This document shows positions 38,037 through 53,978 of a DNA stretch of 64,000 bases, in pieces (the first letter of the stretch is position 1; each line of letters starts with the position of its first letter). The position numbers were made by a program, and so were the translations under genes. This DNA is from Neocallimastix sp. 'constans' (taxonomy: Eukaryota). The notes under the pieces are model-generated. The model saw only the letters and a list, made by a program, of their open reading frames with translations, was not told the DNA's origin and ran no database searches. The stretch lies in NCBI GenBank assembly GCA_050613775.1, contig JBODTK010000150.1, positions 248,001-312,000 on the forward strand, written 5' to 3'.

Positions 38037-40964
38037 ATGGCATCATCTTTTTATAACTTCAAAAAAATTACTGTTGTACCCACAGTAACGGAATTTATTG
38101 ATATTGTTTTATCAAAAACTCAAAGAAAAACACCAACAGTAGTTCATCCAAATTATAAAATCACCCGTATTAGACAATTTTATATGAGAAAAGTCAAGTT
38201 TGCCGAAGAAGTATGTTATATACGGAATTAAATAATTTACAATATTATTAGTAATTAAAGCAATTCTTTAATGATTTATTCAAGCTAATTTAAATAAATT
38301 TTTAATAAAAAAAATATTTATTATTATTTTTCATTATTTAATAAAAATTTAAAATTAAAGGCATTTAACGAAAAATTAAATTTAATATTAAATGAATTTC
38401 CAAAACTTGATGTAAGTATTTATATAAGTTCTGATTAAATAATAACAATTCAATTAAAAATAATGAATAATAATATTAATTTTAATAATTATATTAGGAA
38501 ATTCATCCCTTCTATGCTGATTTAATGAATGTTTTATATGATAGAGATCACTATAAGTTAGCATTAGCCCAAATTAATACAGCAAGACATTTAATTGAAC
38601 AAATTGCAAAAGATTATGTAAGATTATTAAAATTTGCCGATTCTCTTTATCGTTGTAAGCAATTAAAGAAAGCTGCACTCGGAAGGTAGATAAGATTATT
38701 TAGGCACAATATAATAATAATTAAATATTATTTTATTAATATTTTATTAAAATGATATATTTATATACTAAAATTAATAATAAAGAATGGCTACTGTTAT
38801 GAAAAGACAGAAGGATAGTTTAGCCTACTTAGAACAAGTTAGACAGCACTTAGCTCGTTTACCATCTATCGATCCAAATACTCGTACATTATTAATTTGT
38901 GGTACACCAAATGTTGGAAAGTAAGTATATTAATATTTTATTTTTTTTTTCTTTAAAAAAAATTCTAAACCGTTTTTAATAAATATATTATTATTAACAA
39001 TTAATGAATTAATTATAACAAAAAAAAAAAAAAAATAGGTCGAGTTTCATGAATAAAGTTACAAGAACTGAAGTTGAAGTTCAACCATATGCTTTCACTA
39101 CAAAGTCATTATTTGTTGGTCATATGGATTACAAATACCTTAGATGGCAAGTTATTGATACACCAGGTATTTTAGATCATGCACTTGAACAGCGTAATAC
39201 TATCGAAATGCAATCTATTACAGCTTTAGCTCACTTAAAAGCCTGTGTTTTATTCTTTATGGATTTATCTGGTCAATGTGGTTATAGTATCAAGGAGCAA
39301 GTATGTTATATAAAATTTATAAAAGAATTAATTAAAAATGTATTTTTAAATTATTAATTGATGTATTTTTATGATATATTAATATTTTTTTATTCCTATT
39401 ATAATTAATTTCATTTCTAAAATTAAGAGCAATTTATTCCATAGTATTAAACCATTATTCTCAAACAAGCCATGTGTTTTGGTTATTAATAAAATTGATG
39501 TTATGAGACCTGAAGATTTAAACCCAGAAGATAGAAAATTAATTGAAGATATTGAAAAGTCTGGAGCAACTATTGTTTTATCAAGTTGTTATACCGATGA
39601 AGGTGTCATGGATGTAAAAAGTACTGCCTGTGAAAAGTTATTAGCTTCAAGAGTTGAAGTTAAAATGAAATCAACAAGAGTTAGCGATGTATTGAATAGA
39701 GTTCATCTTGCTGTTCCTAAACCAAGAGATAATAAAGTAAAGAGATTAAAAACATATATAAATAACAAATTTTAAATTATATACTATTATATATATTATT
39801 AAATGAAATAAAATTTCAATTTTTTTTTTTTTTAATATTTAATTTTAAAATTTTTAATTTAAAAAGGAACGTAAACCATTTGTACCCGAAGCTCTTAAGA
39901 ATCATGTTCCATATGATCCAAATGATCCAAACCGTAGAAAGTTAGAAAGAGATATTGAATTAGAAAATGGTGGTGCTGGTGTTTACCAAGTTGATCTTAA
40001 AAGTAAATTATTGAAATTTATATATTATTACGTATATAGTTGAAATAATATTAAATGTAAAATTAAATTAAATTTTATTACAGAGAACTACATTCTTAAG
40101 AATGATGAATGGAAATATGATGTTATTCCAGAAATTATGGATGGTAAGAATGTTGCTGACTTTATTGATCCAGAAATTGAAGAAAAATTAGATGAATTAG
40201 AAAGAGAAGAAGAACGTTTAATTGCTGAAGGTTACTACGATTCAGAAGAAGAAATGGTATATATTTATTTTATTAAAAATAAAAATAATTTGATTATATT
40301 TATTAAATAAATAAAAAAATAAAAAAAAAAAAAAAATTAAATTAAATTATTAATATTATCATTAGTATGATTCCGAAGAAGAAGCTATTAAAGAGGCTGC
40401 TAAAGAAATTAATGAAAAGAAATCTATAATTATTCAAAAACATAGAACAAATAAATCAAAGAATAGACTTGTTGTTCCAAGAACAGCTACTTTTGCTAGA
40501 GTAAATATCAATATATATTTTATAATTTTTTTTAATAGTTTTTTTTCTTTATTAAATATAATTAACATTACATTTTAATAATTAAATATATATTTTAATT
40601 CTAAATAATTTTAAAATATATATAATAGCCTCCAGAAAATAATATTGAAGATAAATTTAAGGAAATGGGTGTTGACGATGCTCCATTAACTAATCGTAAA
40701 CGTGTAAGATCTACTGTTCGTGAAGGTGATGAAGCTATGCGTTCAGCATCTGCCATGAGAGGTGTTAGTATGGTAAGAGATCCATCAATGGCTGGATTAA
40801 AGAATAAAAAACAGAAATTAGAAGCAATCTCATTAATGAAGAAAACTACTAAGGATATTGGTCTTAAATCACGTAGAGGTGAAGCTGACCGTTCTATAGC
40901 TGTTAAAATGCCAAAGCATTTATTCACTGGAAAGCGTGGTATCGGAAAAACTGACCGTAGATAA
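38037..40964 (+). CDS. NOG1: Nucleolar GTP-binding protein Nog1 (60S biogenesis), 10 exons
   Basis: [67 protein letters not shown] and the C-terminal [18 protein letters not shown]. Nine GT..AG introns restore the frame. Confidence 0.97.
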
Positions 40965-41320
40965 GCGGTTAATACAATATTTTTTAGAATTAACACATAA
41001 TTTATATTTATTTTCAAAAAAAAAAAAAATAATAATAATAATAATAACAATAATGTATTTAACAAAAAAAAATTATAGAATTTATATTATAACTTGGGTA
41101 ATATATATATATATAGTTTGTATGTTAGTTTGTATGTTTTCATTTCGTTATATTTAACAAAATTTCGTCTTATTTATAAATGTATTTCACATAATATATA
41201 ATAAAAAATTTTATCATATATTTTTATTTATTAACACAATGAAATAAATAATTTTATAAAGATAATAAATAAAATATTCTAATAATAAAACAATTTTTAA
41301 ATATATTATATAAATAATCT

Positions 41321-41351
<31 letters not shown>

Positions 41352-41411
41352 ATATTGAAATATAAAAAGTATTTTATATAAATATGGTTATTAAGATTAT
41401 TTATTTACTAG

Positions 41412-41571
41412 AAAAAAAAAATCAAATAATTCATCTTCATCTACTCGTCATAGAAAAAAAGAAAGGGAAAGAAATCGTAGTAAACATTATTCACATAGAA
41501 GTAGTGATTGTCATTATGAAAACCATTAAAATAATTACAAAAAGATAAACATAGATAGACGTAGAAAATAG
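41412..41571 (+). pseudogene. Orphan Arg/Ser/His-rich coding-like fragment
   Basis: After a TAG acceptor-like site it reads KKSNNSSSSTRHRKKERERNRSKHYSHRSSDCHYENH*NNYKKINIDRRRK*. No start codon or upstream exon found. Confidence 0.3.
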
Positions 41572-41615
41572 ATTAAAATAAATAATATTTAATAATTTAA
41601 TTTTATTTTAATCTT

Positions 41616-41669
<54 letters not shown>

Positions 41670-41881
41670 TTTTAAAATTAATAAATTTAATGTATATATT
41701 TATTTTTAAATTTATATCCTTGCTATAATAATTAATCTAAATATAAAAAATAATGAAGATTAAAAAATAAAAAATAAAAAAATGTTAATTTAAACTATGT
41801 AATCCAAAATTTATTAAAAAAAAAATTAGTATTGAAATATTAAAGTTTTGAAAGCATGACATTTGGGAGATATTTTAATTT

Positions 41882-41915
<34 letters not shown>

Positions 41916-42196
41916 TAAAAATAAAAAAAAAAAAAAATAAAAAAAGTTTTGATAATAAAAATAATATAAATATATGTTTAAATTATTTATTATTATTTGT
42001 AAATTGGAAAATTTTATTATTCAAACTTTACATTTCTTTATATAGTTATATATGTTTATCACAAAAAAAATTTTTAAATATAAAAAAGAATTTATGAGAA
42101 AATATATGAATTCTATATTATAATATTATTATTTTTATATGGAATGTTTTTCTAATTAAATGAGAAAAATGAATTTTATTTCTAGTTATTTAATAA

Positions 42197-42227
<31 letters not shown>

Positions 42228-42541
42228 TATCTTGATTTTATTAATTATAATAAAAAAAAAAAACTAATATCTTGATTTTATTAATTATAATAAAAAAAAT
42301 TGTAATAAAGATAAAAAATAAAATATATACTTATAAATAAATATTATATTTTTTATATTTATTAAATTATTTTCCTTAAACCTTTTTTATATATACATAT
42401 ATTTATTCTTATCACCTTATAACTGTTATAATTAACTTATTTAATTAGTTATTTGCTTGTTCTTTTAATTATTTAAAAAATAATAATAACAATAATAATA
42501 AAAATAATAATAATAAGAAGAAGAAGAAATATTTGATTCAA

Positions 42542-44053
42542 ATGCATATTACTGAATTCGAAAAGTTGAATTATAATTATATAATTCAAGAATTAGCATT
42601 AAAAAATGATTATTGTTCGCAAAGTCGAAAATCTAGTTTAAATCTTGAAGAATATAATATCAATAAAAAAATAAAATTAGAACCGTTACTAAAAAATGAT
42701 ATTTCTTTAGATGATAATGAGCAATCACAATCTGTAGGTAAAAATAATGAAACCGATCTAGTAGATCAAGATCATATTAAAATAAATAATAAATCTTTTC
42801 AAGCTGTGTATGGAAATTTAAATAAATATAAAGGTTACAATAAAAACACATCCAATCAAAATAATAAAAATGAGAAATTTACTAATACTGGAATTAATGA
42901 AGTTAAGGAAAGTAATGAAGAAGAATTATCATGTAATAAAAATTGCAATAATAAAATTTCAGATAATATGAATTTGGATGTAAGTGAAAGTGATGAAGAA
43001 TTATATGATATAAATGATGAAGAGGATAATAAAGTAAATGAATCGAATGATCAAATAGATATCAAGAGTAATGATAATGAAGAACAAGATAACAATATCT
43101 TTAGAAGAGGTCAACAAAAATTTATTTCTTCACCAAATTATGGAACTAAAAATATGAATCGCTTATATCATCTCTTAAATTCGGTAAGTCCACTTTATAA
43201 GTTTGATTCAGCAATGAAAAAATCTTCTGAAATTACTGAAAATATTGAAAATCAATATTTTTTGAACAATGGTTCGATTAATAATAAACAAAAGAAAAAT
43301 AAGGTATTGCGATTTGATGATGATGATAAGAATTCCAATAAATATGAATCTGATATTGATGAATCTCCACAAAATTATTTAAACCCTTATTTAGATAATT
43401 ATGTTGAAATATCATGTAAACTATTAAATAGTAGAATTCGTCTGGGTAAGCCAATTCCAATAGAACTAGAAATAATTAATAAAGGATCAAAATCAATACC
43501 ATACTTAAAATTTGAAGTATGTGCAACAACAAACAATGTAGATAACGAAAATAATGAATCCTTTTGTGATAAAAAAATAATGTTTGCTTATTTTTTAGAA
43601 GCAGGTAAAAAATGTATCAAAAAATTTTCATTAGAGCCTTATCTATGGAATAACGAGGAAGACAACTTTTATGATAATATAAAAAATTTAAATATAAATA
43701 CAGTAATGGGTAGTAATACACTTTACTCAACGAGCAACCTTTCCAATACTAAATCTAATATTATTACAAATAAAAATTTTTCATCCTACTATTACTACTC
43801 AAAAATGTATGCCAGATATAAAAATGCAAAAGCTTCAGAAAAAGGAAAGGGTATAGATTTACAATTTTATAAATAAAATATTTAGCATTAACTAAAATTA
43901 CAATAAAATAAATACATTTTTATTATTTTATAAATATATAATTATTATTATTTATTCATAAATTTACTAATTATAAACTTTAATTCTATTTATATAATAA
44001 AATTATATTTATTATTATTATTATTATATTTATTATTATTATTATTATTATTA

Positions 44054-44123
<70 letters not shown>

Positions 44124-44156
44124 TACTGCAATTGTTATATATAACAATTTTCTATT

Positions 44157-44189
<33 letters not shown>

Positions 44190-45605
44190 CAATAAAATAT
44201 AGCATTTTTATCAAGAAATAAAAGCTTAAATAGTTTAACTAATATATTTGACTTAGGAATAGCTGCAGATAAAGATGATTATGATGAATATAGAAATGAA
44301 ATTAATTATAATACACTAAGAGTCATACCAAAAGAAGCAAAAATTATGTTAAAAAATTTACCTTCATCAATTAAAATAAATATTTATAAGGAAAATGGTG
44401 AATTACTTTTATGTAATAATTCTGAATTTACCTTAAAATCTGAATATTTTACTCAAGATTTTTATTTATTAGGGCAATACTTCAAGTTAAATTCTGAAGA
44501 TGAAAGTGCAAAGGGTAAAACAAGTAAATATAAAAAATATAGAAAAAATAAGTCATACTCATTAAATATATTATTAGTAAATTCCTCGATCGAAGCAAAA
44601 AATAAATTTATACATTCTATTGAATATGCTTTATTTGTTGAAAAGCAATTATTGTCGAAAAATTCGGTCAATGAATTTAGAGATTTACTTGTTGATGATA
44701 CTTCAATGGAATACTATAAAGACAATTCGTCAAAATTTTATTGGAATAATAATAAAGAATACTATCAAGAAATTAAAATGGCAAATCATTTTCCTAAAAA
44801 TATAAAATTTTATGATTGTCCATGCAATGATAGAATCGATGATATTAAAAAGGACATGCCATCGAAAAATAACCATGGACATGATAAAAATTACAATACC
44901 TTTACCAAAATGAATTCATTATTTAAAAATAAATTTAATATTTTATCAACAATATCATCTGAAAATGAAATAAATACATCTTCTAATAATATAATTGATC
45001 AAAAAGTAAGTTCTACTAATGAAGAACAATATTGTTGTTGGTTTGATGGTGATGAGGCAGAATTAATATCAAATGGGGAATTACCATTAGGCAAAAAAAT
45101 ACTCGGGGAAAAAATATGTTACAACGACATAGAAGAAGATTTTTATAATGATACTATAAAAAAGAATCCAATCCATAATATTGTTTATCTTTTCTCCCAA
45201 AAACAAATTGAAAATATTAAAACTATTGATAAAGAAAATATCGACAATAATATTAATAAATTATTAAAATTGAAAAAGGGATTAAATATATGTATAATTA
45301 TGGATAATTGTAATATTATAAATACTGAATATCAAAATATAAATGAATACATAGAATCCTTAAAACTAAAGTGTTCAACTTTATTTAACATTGATAAAGA
45401 AAATATATTTGTAATTCCATATTGTATTGATAGAAAAATAGATTATGAAAATAACACTGATTTCAACAAATTAAATAATACAAACATTAATGACAATATG
45501 ATTAAAAAAGAAAATCAAGAATATTTGAACTTTTTAAATATAGAATTTTTATATTTATTAATGTTAAAAGCGGAAGATGAATATTCCAAACTTTGCTTAA
45601 AATAA
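42542..45605 (+). CDS. Uncharacterised ~900-aa protein (2 exons); possible arrestin-like beta-sandwich plus degenerate P-loop domain
   Basis: Intron 43851-44202 (GT..AG, phase 1) joins ORF 42533-43876 in frame to ORF 44346-45605. Domain calls rest on loose motif resemblance only. Confidence 0.7.
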
Positions 45606-46547
45606 AAAATATATAAATATATATAATAATAATAATAATAATATCATAAAAAAAAATATTTATATTAAAATATATAAATAAATTAAAAATAGTTACTATT
45701 CGTTTATTTTGTTTTTTAATTTTATAAAAAAAAAATAAAATAAAATAAAATAATTAAAAACAAATTAATAATAAAAAGATAATCACTATATAATATATAA
45801 TATATAATATAATTTTAATAAAAAATTAACTAAAATAATTTATTACTTGTTGTTTATTATATAAATTATTATATCCCTAATTTCTTATTGAATTATTTGA
45901 TTTATTAAAATTTATTAAGATGGATTTTAATGTATACATATTAATACTGTAATATATTTTTGAAAATATGATTGGGTTATTTATTAATATAGATTAATAT
46001 AATGTATCTAAAATAAGTTTTTATATTAATATAAAAATATTAATAATCATTAACTTTATTTATTATAAATAGTACTAATAATAAATGTTATTTTTTATTT
46101 ATTAAATTATTTTCAAAAGTTCATATTATATTTTTGTTTTTTATTTAGTTAAAATAACCATTTGAGAGTTTTAATTATTTAAAATAAAAATAAAAAAGTG
46201 AAGAAAAAAAAAATAATAATATAAAGTACATATACAATTAAAATAAATTAATAAATATTATTATTAAATTAGACGTTATTATATTTATTATATATTTTAA
46301 TTATTATTTATTTATATACATAAATATATATATATATCTAATATATTTTAAATAATATTTAATATAATATTTTTACATCAATTTAAAAACAAAACATAAT
46401 TATATGTTTATAAATTTCAAATAATATTATAATAATAGACTTTTACTTCAAAAGCAAAGTTTTATATATAGAATCATATATTATCGTATAATAAACTATA
46501 AATTAAATATCATTTTGGATTATTAAAACTATTAAAAATATTATTAA

Positions 46548-48459
<1,912 letters not shown>

Positions 48460-49041
48460 ATATAATTAAAAAATATTCAAATAAAATGGATAAAAAAAAA
48501 AATTAAATTAAAGAATATTTATGATAATTAATTAAATAATTAAATAATTAAATAATATTATATATATTGGTTACACCATATCGAAAACAGAAAAAATTAA
48601 GAAAAAAAAATATCATTTATTCACGTAAAAACAAATTCTACCTCTTTTTTATCTCTTTTTAATCATATATCATTTATTTTAGAATTTATAAAACTTAATA
48701 TTGGAGGAAAAAAAAAATTAAATAAATAAATAAACCAATAAATAAAATAAAAATGAATATAAAATATTCACATTAAAAGAAAGAAAAAAAAGTTTTATAT
48801 ATCTTTTTATTATTATTTATATATTATATAATATATATATTAAATAATCAATATATCAATATACTAATTAAAAGAATTCAATCAAATTAATTAAAAAAAA
48901 AAAAAAGGCAAGAAAAATTAAAATTCAAAAAGTATCAATTAACCAAAAAAAGAAAAGATATATAAGAAGAAGAAATGGGAATTTATTATAATAAAATAAA
49001 ATAAAATAAAATAAAATAAAGAATGAATAAAGAAAAAATAA

Positions 49042-49075
<34 letters not shown>

Positions 49076-49106
49076 TACAATATGAAAATATTATTAAATT
49101 ATAAAT

Positions 49107-49144
<38 letters not shown>

Positions 49145-49471
49145 TTACAAAGTATATATTGTATATATATTATTTAATAATGTATATATATATAGATTAT
49201 TTTTTATTTATTTATAAAAATTTTTATTTTTTTATTCCAATATAAAAATAATAATGATAATAATAATAATAATAAATAAATAAATAAATTATTATAATAA
49301 TACCAAAAAAAAAAAAAAACCTTTGTAAAAATGAATAAGTATAAATGCATTTTAAATATATATCTTTTTTTTTTTTTTTTTTATATTATTATTATTATTT
49401 TTTTTATACTTTTTATTTTATTATTATTATTTTTTTTTTTTATTGTTTATTTATTTTTTTATAATTAAAAA

Positions 49472-49610
49472 AATTTTTAACAATATAGAATTTATATATA
49501 ATATAAAAATACCTATTTTTTTTTTTTTTTTTTTTTTTACGTATGTTTATGAGCTATAGTTATAAAAACAGTATAGATAAAATATATAAAATAAATATTA
49601 ATATTGGTAA

Positions 49611-49661
<51 letters not shown>

Positions 49662-49930
49662 ATAATAAATAAATAAATAAAATAAATAAAGAGGTATTTA
49701 ACTTTTTTCTAATTTTTAACAATATAGAATTTATATATAATATAAAAATTACCTATTTTTTTATGTATGTTTATGAGCTATAGTTATAAAAACAGTATAG
49801 ATAAAAAGCATCTATTAATATTGGTACTAATAATATATATATATTAAAATAAAAAAATAAAAAAAATAATAATAATAATAATAATAAATAAATAAATAAA
49901 TAAATAAATAAAAAAGAGGTATTTTAAATT
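49472..49930. repeat. Imperfect tandem duplication, period ~235-240 bp
   Basis: TTTTTAACAATATAGAATTTATATATAATATAAAAAT..GTATGTTTATGAGCTATAGTTATAAAAACAGTATAGATAAAA..TATTAATATTGGTA..AGAGGTATTT occurs twice; copies differ mainly in simple-repeat lengths. Confidence 0.85.
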
Positions 49931-50085
49931 TTTTCTTATTATTATTATTATTATTATTATTTTTTTTATCTTTACACATATATACATAAAAATAAATATA
50001 CTAAAAATGATGCTATACATATTGGTTTTTATATCAGCTATTTATAGAATATGTTTAACTTTAATTAATATAAATTATTAGTGAA

Positions 50086-51664
50086 TGTTTTAAGAGTCTG
50101 GAATTTATGGTTTACAATTAATGTCAATTTTATATATTATATTTTATGATTAAGAGCACCTAATTATTCTAAATTAAATGCTTTTATATTAATACATTGT
50201 GGCTTATATAATATTTATATTACAATATGTTTCAATATGTTTCACATATTCTTAACATTCCCCACCCCTTTAACCTTGTTATTCTATAATGAATAAATTA
50301 GTTTTACTGGTGAATATATGTACAATTTCTCCCTAAAACTAAGTATATTTAATTTTATTACACTATTAATATTTGATGTATGTAAAACATATTTTATATT
50401 CTATATGGTTTATATATTACCACTTATAAGATGGAAACCTTTCTTTTGAAGGATAGTATTATACCATCTCAATTTGTGCGAATACCTTTTATATATTGGG
50501 TTTTACATCACAATTATAATCTGCTTTTGAAGATAAGCAATAACTTTTATATATTTATTTGCTTTGTAGTTTTAATGATAACTATTAAAATATATATTGT
50601 TAATTATATATCAGTGTACTTGATATATCATAATCTTGGGGAATTAAAAATTGATTGTATTTATAAACTAATTATATTATTCTAGCTATTTAAACTTATT
50701 AGTAAATAGTATAAATTGTTTCATAATTGATTAAGATTCTATATTTCAGTTAATTTTTTCTTGTAGGCTAATTATGTTAATTTTCACTATTAGGCTATTG
50801 TTAGAATGCACCCATTTCATGCTAGGAATTACCATTCTATTATATTATTTTTTAAATTATTTTGTATGGGATCTCTGATATATAGTTTCCTTCATCATCG
50901 TAGTTTATATTAAAATATACAGGTTTGATATGTATAAATACTCATTAAAATAACTATACCTTAAATAATGTGTTTTATTGTTTAAAAAGAATCATTAACT
51001 AATATATGATTGCTTAAATCTTCGAAATATATATATTACTAAATAGTGTTTTATATATTCATGGGGTGGTAATAGTCAATCACATAGTAGATTCATTCAT
51101 AGATATATTAAATTACTACTAGCCAAGAGTTTATTTGTTAAAATAACAAATTATAATTTCAATAAAGAGTCTTTTGTATGAAGATATATAATTTACTTTT
51201 ATATACGATTAAGTGTGTTTTTTTCCTATTGAATTAATCTTTTAATATTTTTTTTCGGAGCTTTATTTAACTTGCAATAGCTTCCTTTTTATCGACTATT
51301 CTATATTTTTATATTTTGAGTGTTTCTTTAATTTTTCATTTTTGATCATTTTTGATCAGTTTTATTAGTTTTAACTCCAATTGGCATATTGAGTAGCCTT
51401 TATCATAATTTAAAATTCAATTTTTTTTTTTTTTTGACATAATATTGTTTCCGGCTACCAATTTTTTTACAAATAATCATTTTTAGAGTTAGATGAGAAT
51501 CTTAATCGTTTAAGAGTCAGGAATTTATGGTTTATAGTTATGTCAATTTTATATAATATATTTTTTGAATTAAATACTATTATATTAATATATTATGGCT
51601 TATACATTATTTATTTTACAATACGTTTCAATACATTTGAGGCTTAATTTCACATTTTCTAACG
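50086..51664 (-). mobile_element. Old, internally deleted non-autonomous copia-type LTR element (1579 bp)
   Basis: Diverged LTRs at 50086-50257 and ~51507-51664, perfect GTGAA target duplication (50081-50085, 51665-51669), PPT AAGGGGTGGGGAA (50258-50270), PBS-like 51494-51507, and decayed gag (QYANW) and RT (MKWVH) traces on the minus strand. Confidence 0.88.
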
Positions 51665-52503
51665 GTGAATTAAAATAATTCTGACATAAAACAATATATT
51701 TTATTTTATATAATATAATATTATATAATAAAGTTTATTTAATATAAATTTTTTTGCTTTTTTTTTTTGTGTTTGGTTTTGTTTCTTTTTTTTGGTTAAT
51801 TATTTATACTATTTAAACTATTTATATTAATATAATAATAATATAATAAAATAATATAATAAAATAGTATTATAAATAAATTATTTACACAATAACACAA
51901 TGACATATAAATAATAAATGAATAAATTATTAATAAAATTAAATAAATTAATAGTAAATAATAAATGAATTAATAAATAAATAATCAAAATATTCCACAT
52001 TATTAAACAGGAATAAATTTAAAAAAAAAAAAAAAAAAAAGGAAAAATTAAAATAATATTTTTAAAATATTTTTATATTATGTCTTAATTTAATTAATTC
52101 ATTAATAATTATTTAATTATTTTTTAAAAAATTTTTATTACTTTAATAAAGTAATAAAAAAAAAAATAATTATTTATTTATTTATTATTTATTTATTTAT
52201 TTATTGTTTATTTATTTATTTATTATTTATTATTTATTATTTATTTATTTATTATTTATTTATTATTTATTTATTATTTATTTATTTTTTATTATTCAAT
52301 CATTTATTATTCAATTATTTATTATTTATGATTAAGATGATAAATCAAATGCATCATCATCATTCTTTTCTACTACTATTTATTTAAATTTTCTGGAATA
52401 ATACAATAAAACTTAAGTAGAACAATTAAATAATTGGTTTGATAAATTTATTATCATATTTATTTCCAAACATAAAATCAAGTTGTTTTAGGAATTAAAA
52501 TTA

Positions 52504-52548
<45 letters not shown>

Positions 52549-52857
52549 AAGAAAAAAGAAAATTATTATTATAATTTTAATTATAATTATAAAATAATAA
52601 TTAATAAAAATTAAAAATCTTTTAGTTTACATAGATATTTTAAAAAATAAATAAATAAATAAAAATTTCTTTTTTTTTTTTTTTTTTTAATTATTGTTTT
52701 TAAAATAAAATAAAATAAAATAAAATAAAATAAAAATATAAAAAACAAATTTAAAATTTAAAAAAAAAATAATAAAATTAAATATATATATATATATACT
52801 TATATATATACTTATATATATATAAATAAAGTAAATAACTGAATAATAAAGAAAATA

Positions 52858-53052
52858 ATGAATCTTTTAGAATTCTTGAAAAAATTCAATCGAGTATTAT
52901 CTTTTATAGCAGTAATATATGTTATAATAGGCATTATATCATTCATAATAATTTCAATTAACAAAGCATTTAAAAAAAAAACTAAAAATAAAGAAGATAG
53001 CAATCAAAAAGATAACAATCAAGATAATCTTGAGGAAATATCAGTAAAATAA
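52858..53052 (+). CDS. Putative small single-pass membrane protein (64 aa)
   Basis: ATG in A-rich context, ~20-aa hydrophobic stretch, then a basic/acidic tail; not a simple-repeat translation. Confidence 0.4.
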   Translation: MNLLEFLKKFNRVLSFIAVIYVIIGIISFIIISINKAFKKKTKNKEDSNQKDNNQDNLEEISVK

Positions 53053-53514
53053 TAATTTATACAAACATATAAATATAAAAAAGTAAAAAAATTGAAGTTA
53101 ATTCTAACTCATATTTCAATTAAATAAATAAAAAAGCGATAACTGCAAATATTTTTTAAAAAGAAATTTATAGATATATTATAATTAATTAATTTTATAT
53201 ATTAATACTCGAACTATAAAACTATTAAGGTAAGTTTTAGAAATATCCAAAGTTGACTTTTATCATATTAAATTTTTATTATTGTTATATATATTTTGAA
53301 TGAATATACTATTCATTAATTTTATAAAATTATACTTAAATTTTCGTATTATTTAATAATCCTAATATAAATATAAAATATTTATCAATCATATAGATAG
53401 GAAGTATTCTATTTCTTTTTTATCATTAATTTCATATTATTTTTTTTCCTGATATATATAAAAATTATTATAGATTGAATATTTTTATCCTAAATATTTT
53501 GTTAATAATCAAAA

Positions 53515-53706
53515 ATGAATTATTATCTGCAGGTATTCTTATTACTTATATTCACTTTTTTCCATCTTTGTCTTATATTAAGTGTTCCGATAGCTTGTAT
53601 AAGTTCTATCAAAAAATCTTATGAAGAAGAAAAATTAAAAATGGCAAAAGAAGAAAGAATAAAAAAAGCAAAAGAACTCGAAGAAGCCAATAACGAAACC
53701 AAATAA
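53515..53706 (+). CDS. Putative small single-pass membrane protein (63 aa)
   Basis: AAAAATG start, N-terminal hydrophobic stretch, Glu/Lys-rich helical tail; same layout as the upstream ORF. Confidence 0.45.
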   Translation: MNYYLQVFLLLIFTFFHLCLILSVPIACISSIKKSYEEEKLKMAKEERIKKAKELEEANNETK

Positions 53707-53714
53707 TGACAAAC

Positions 53715-53745
<31 letters not shown>

Positions 53746-53835
53746 TATATTGATTCATCAAGAGAATTCATTATTAATATTTATTTATTTAGTGTATAAA
53801 ATTAAATAAATTTTTTAATATTATTTTTATTTCAA

Positions 53836-53913
<78 letters not shown>

Positions 53914-53938
53914 CAAATGAGGAATTAAAATAATAATA

Positions 53939-53978
<40 letters not shown>

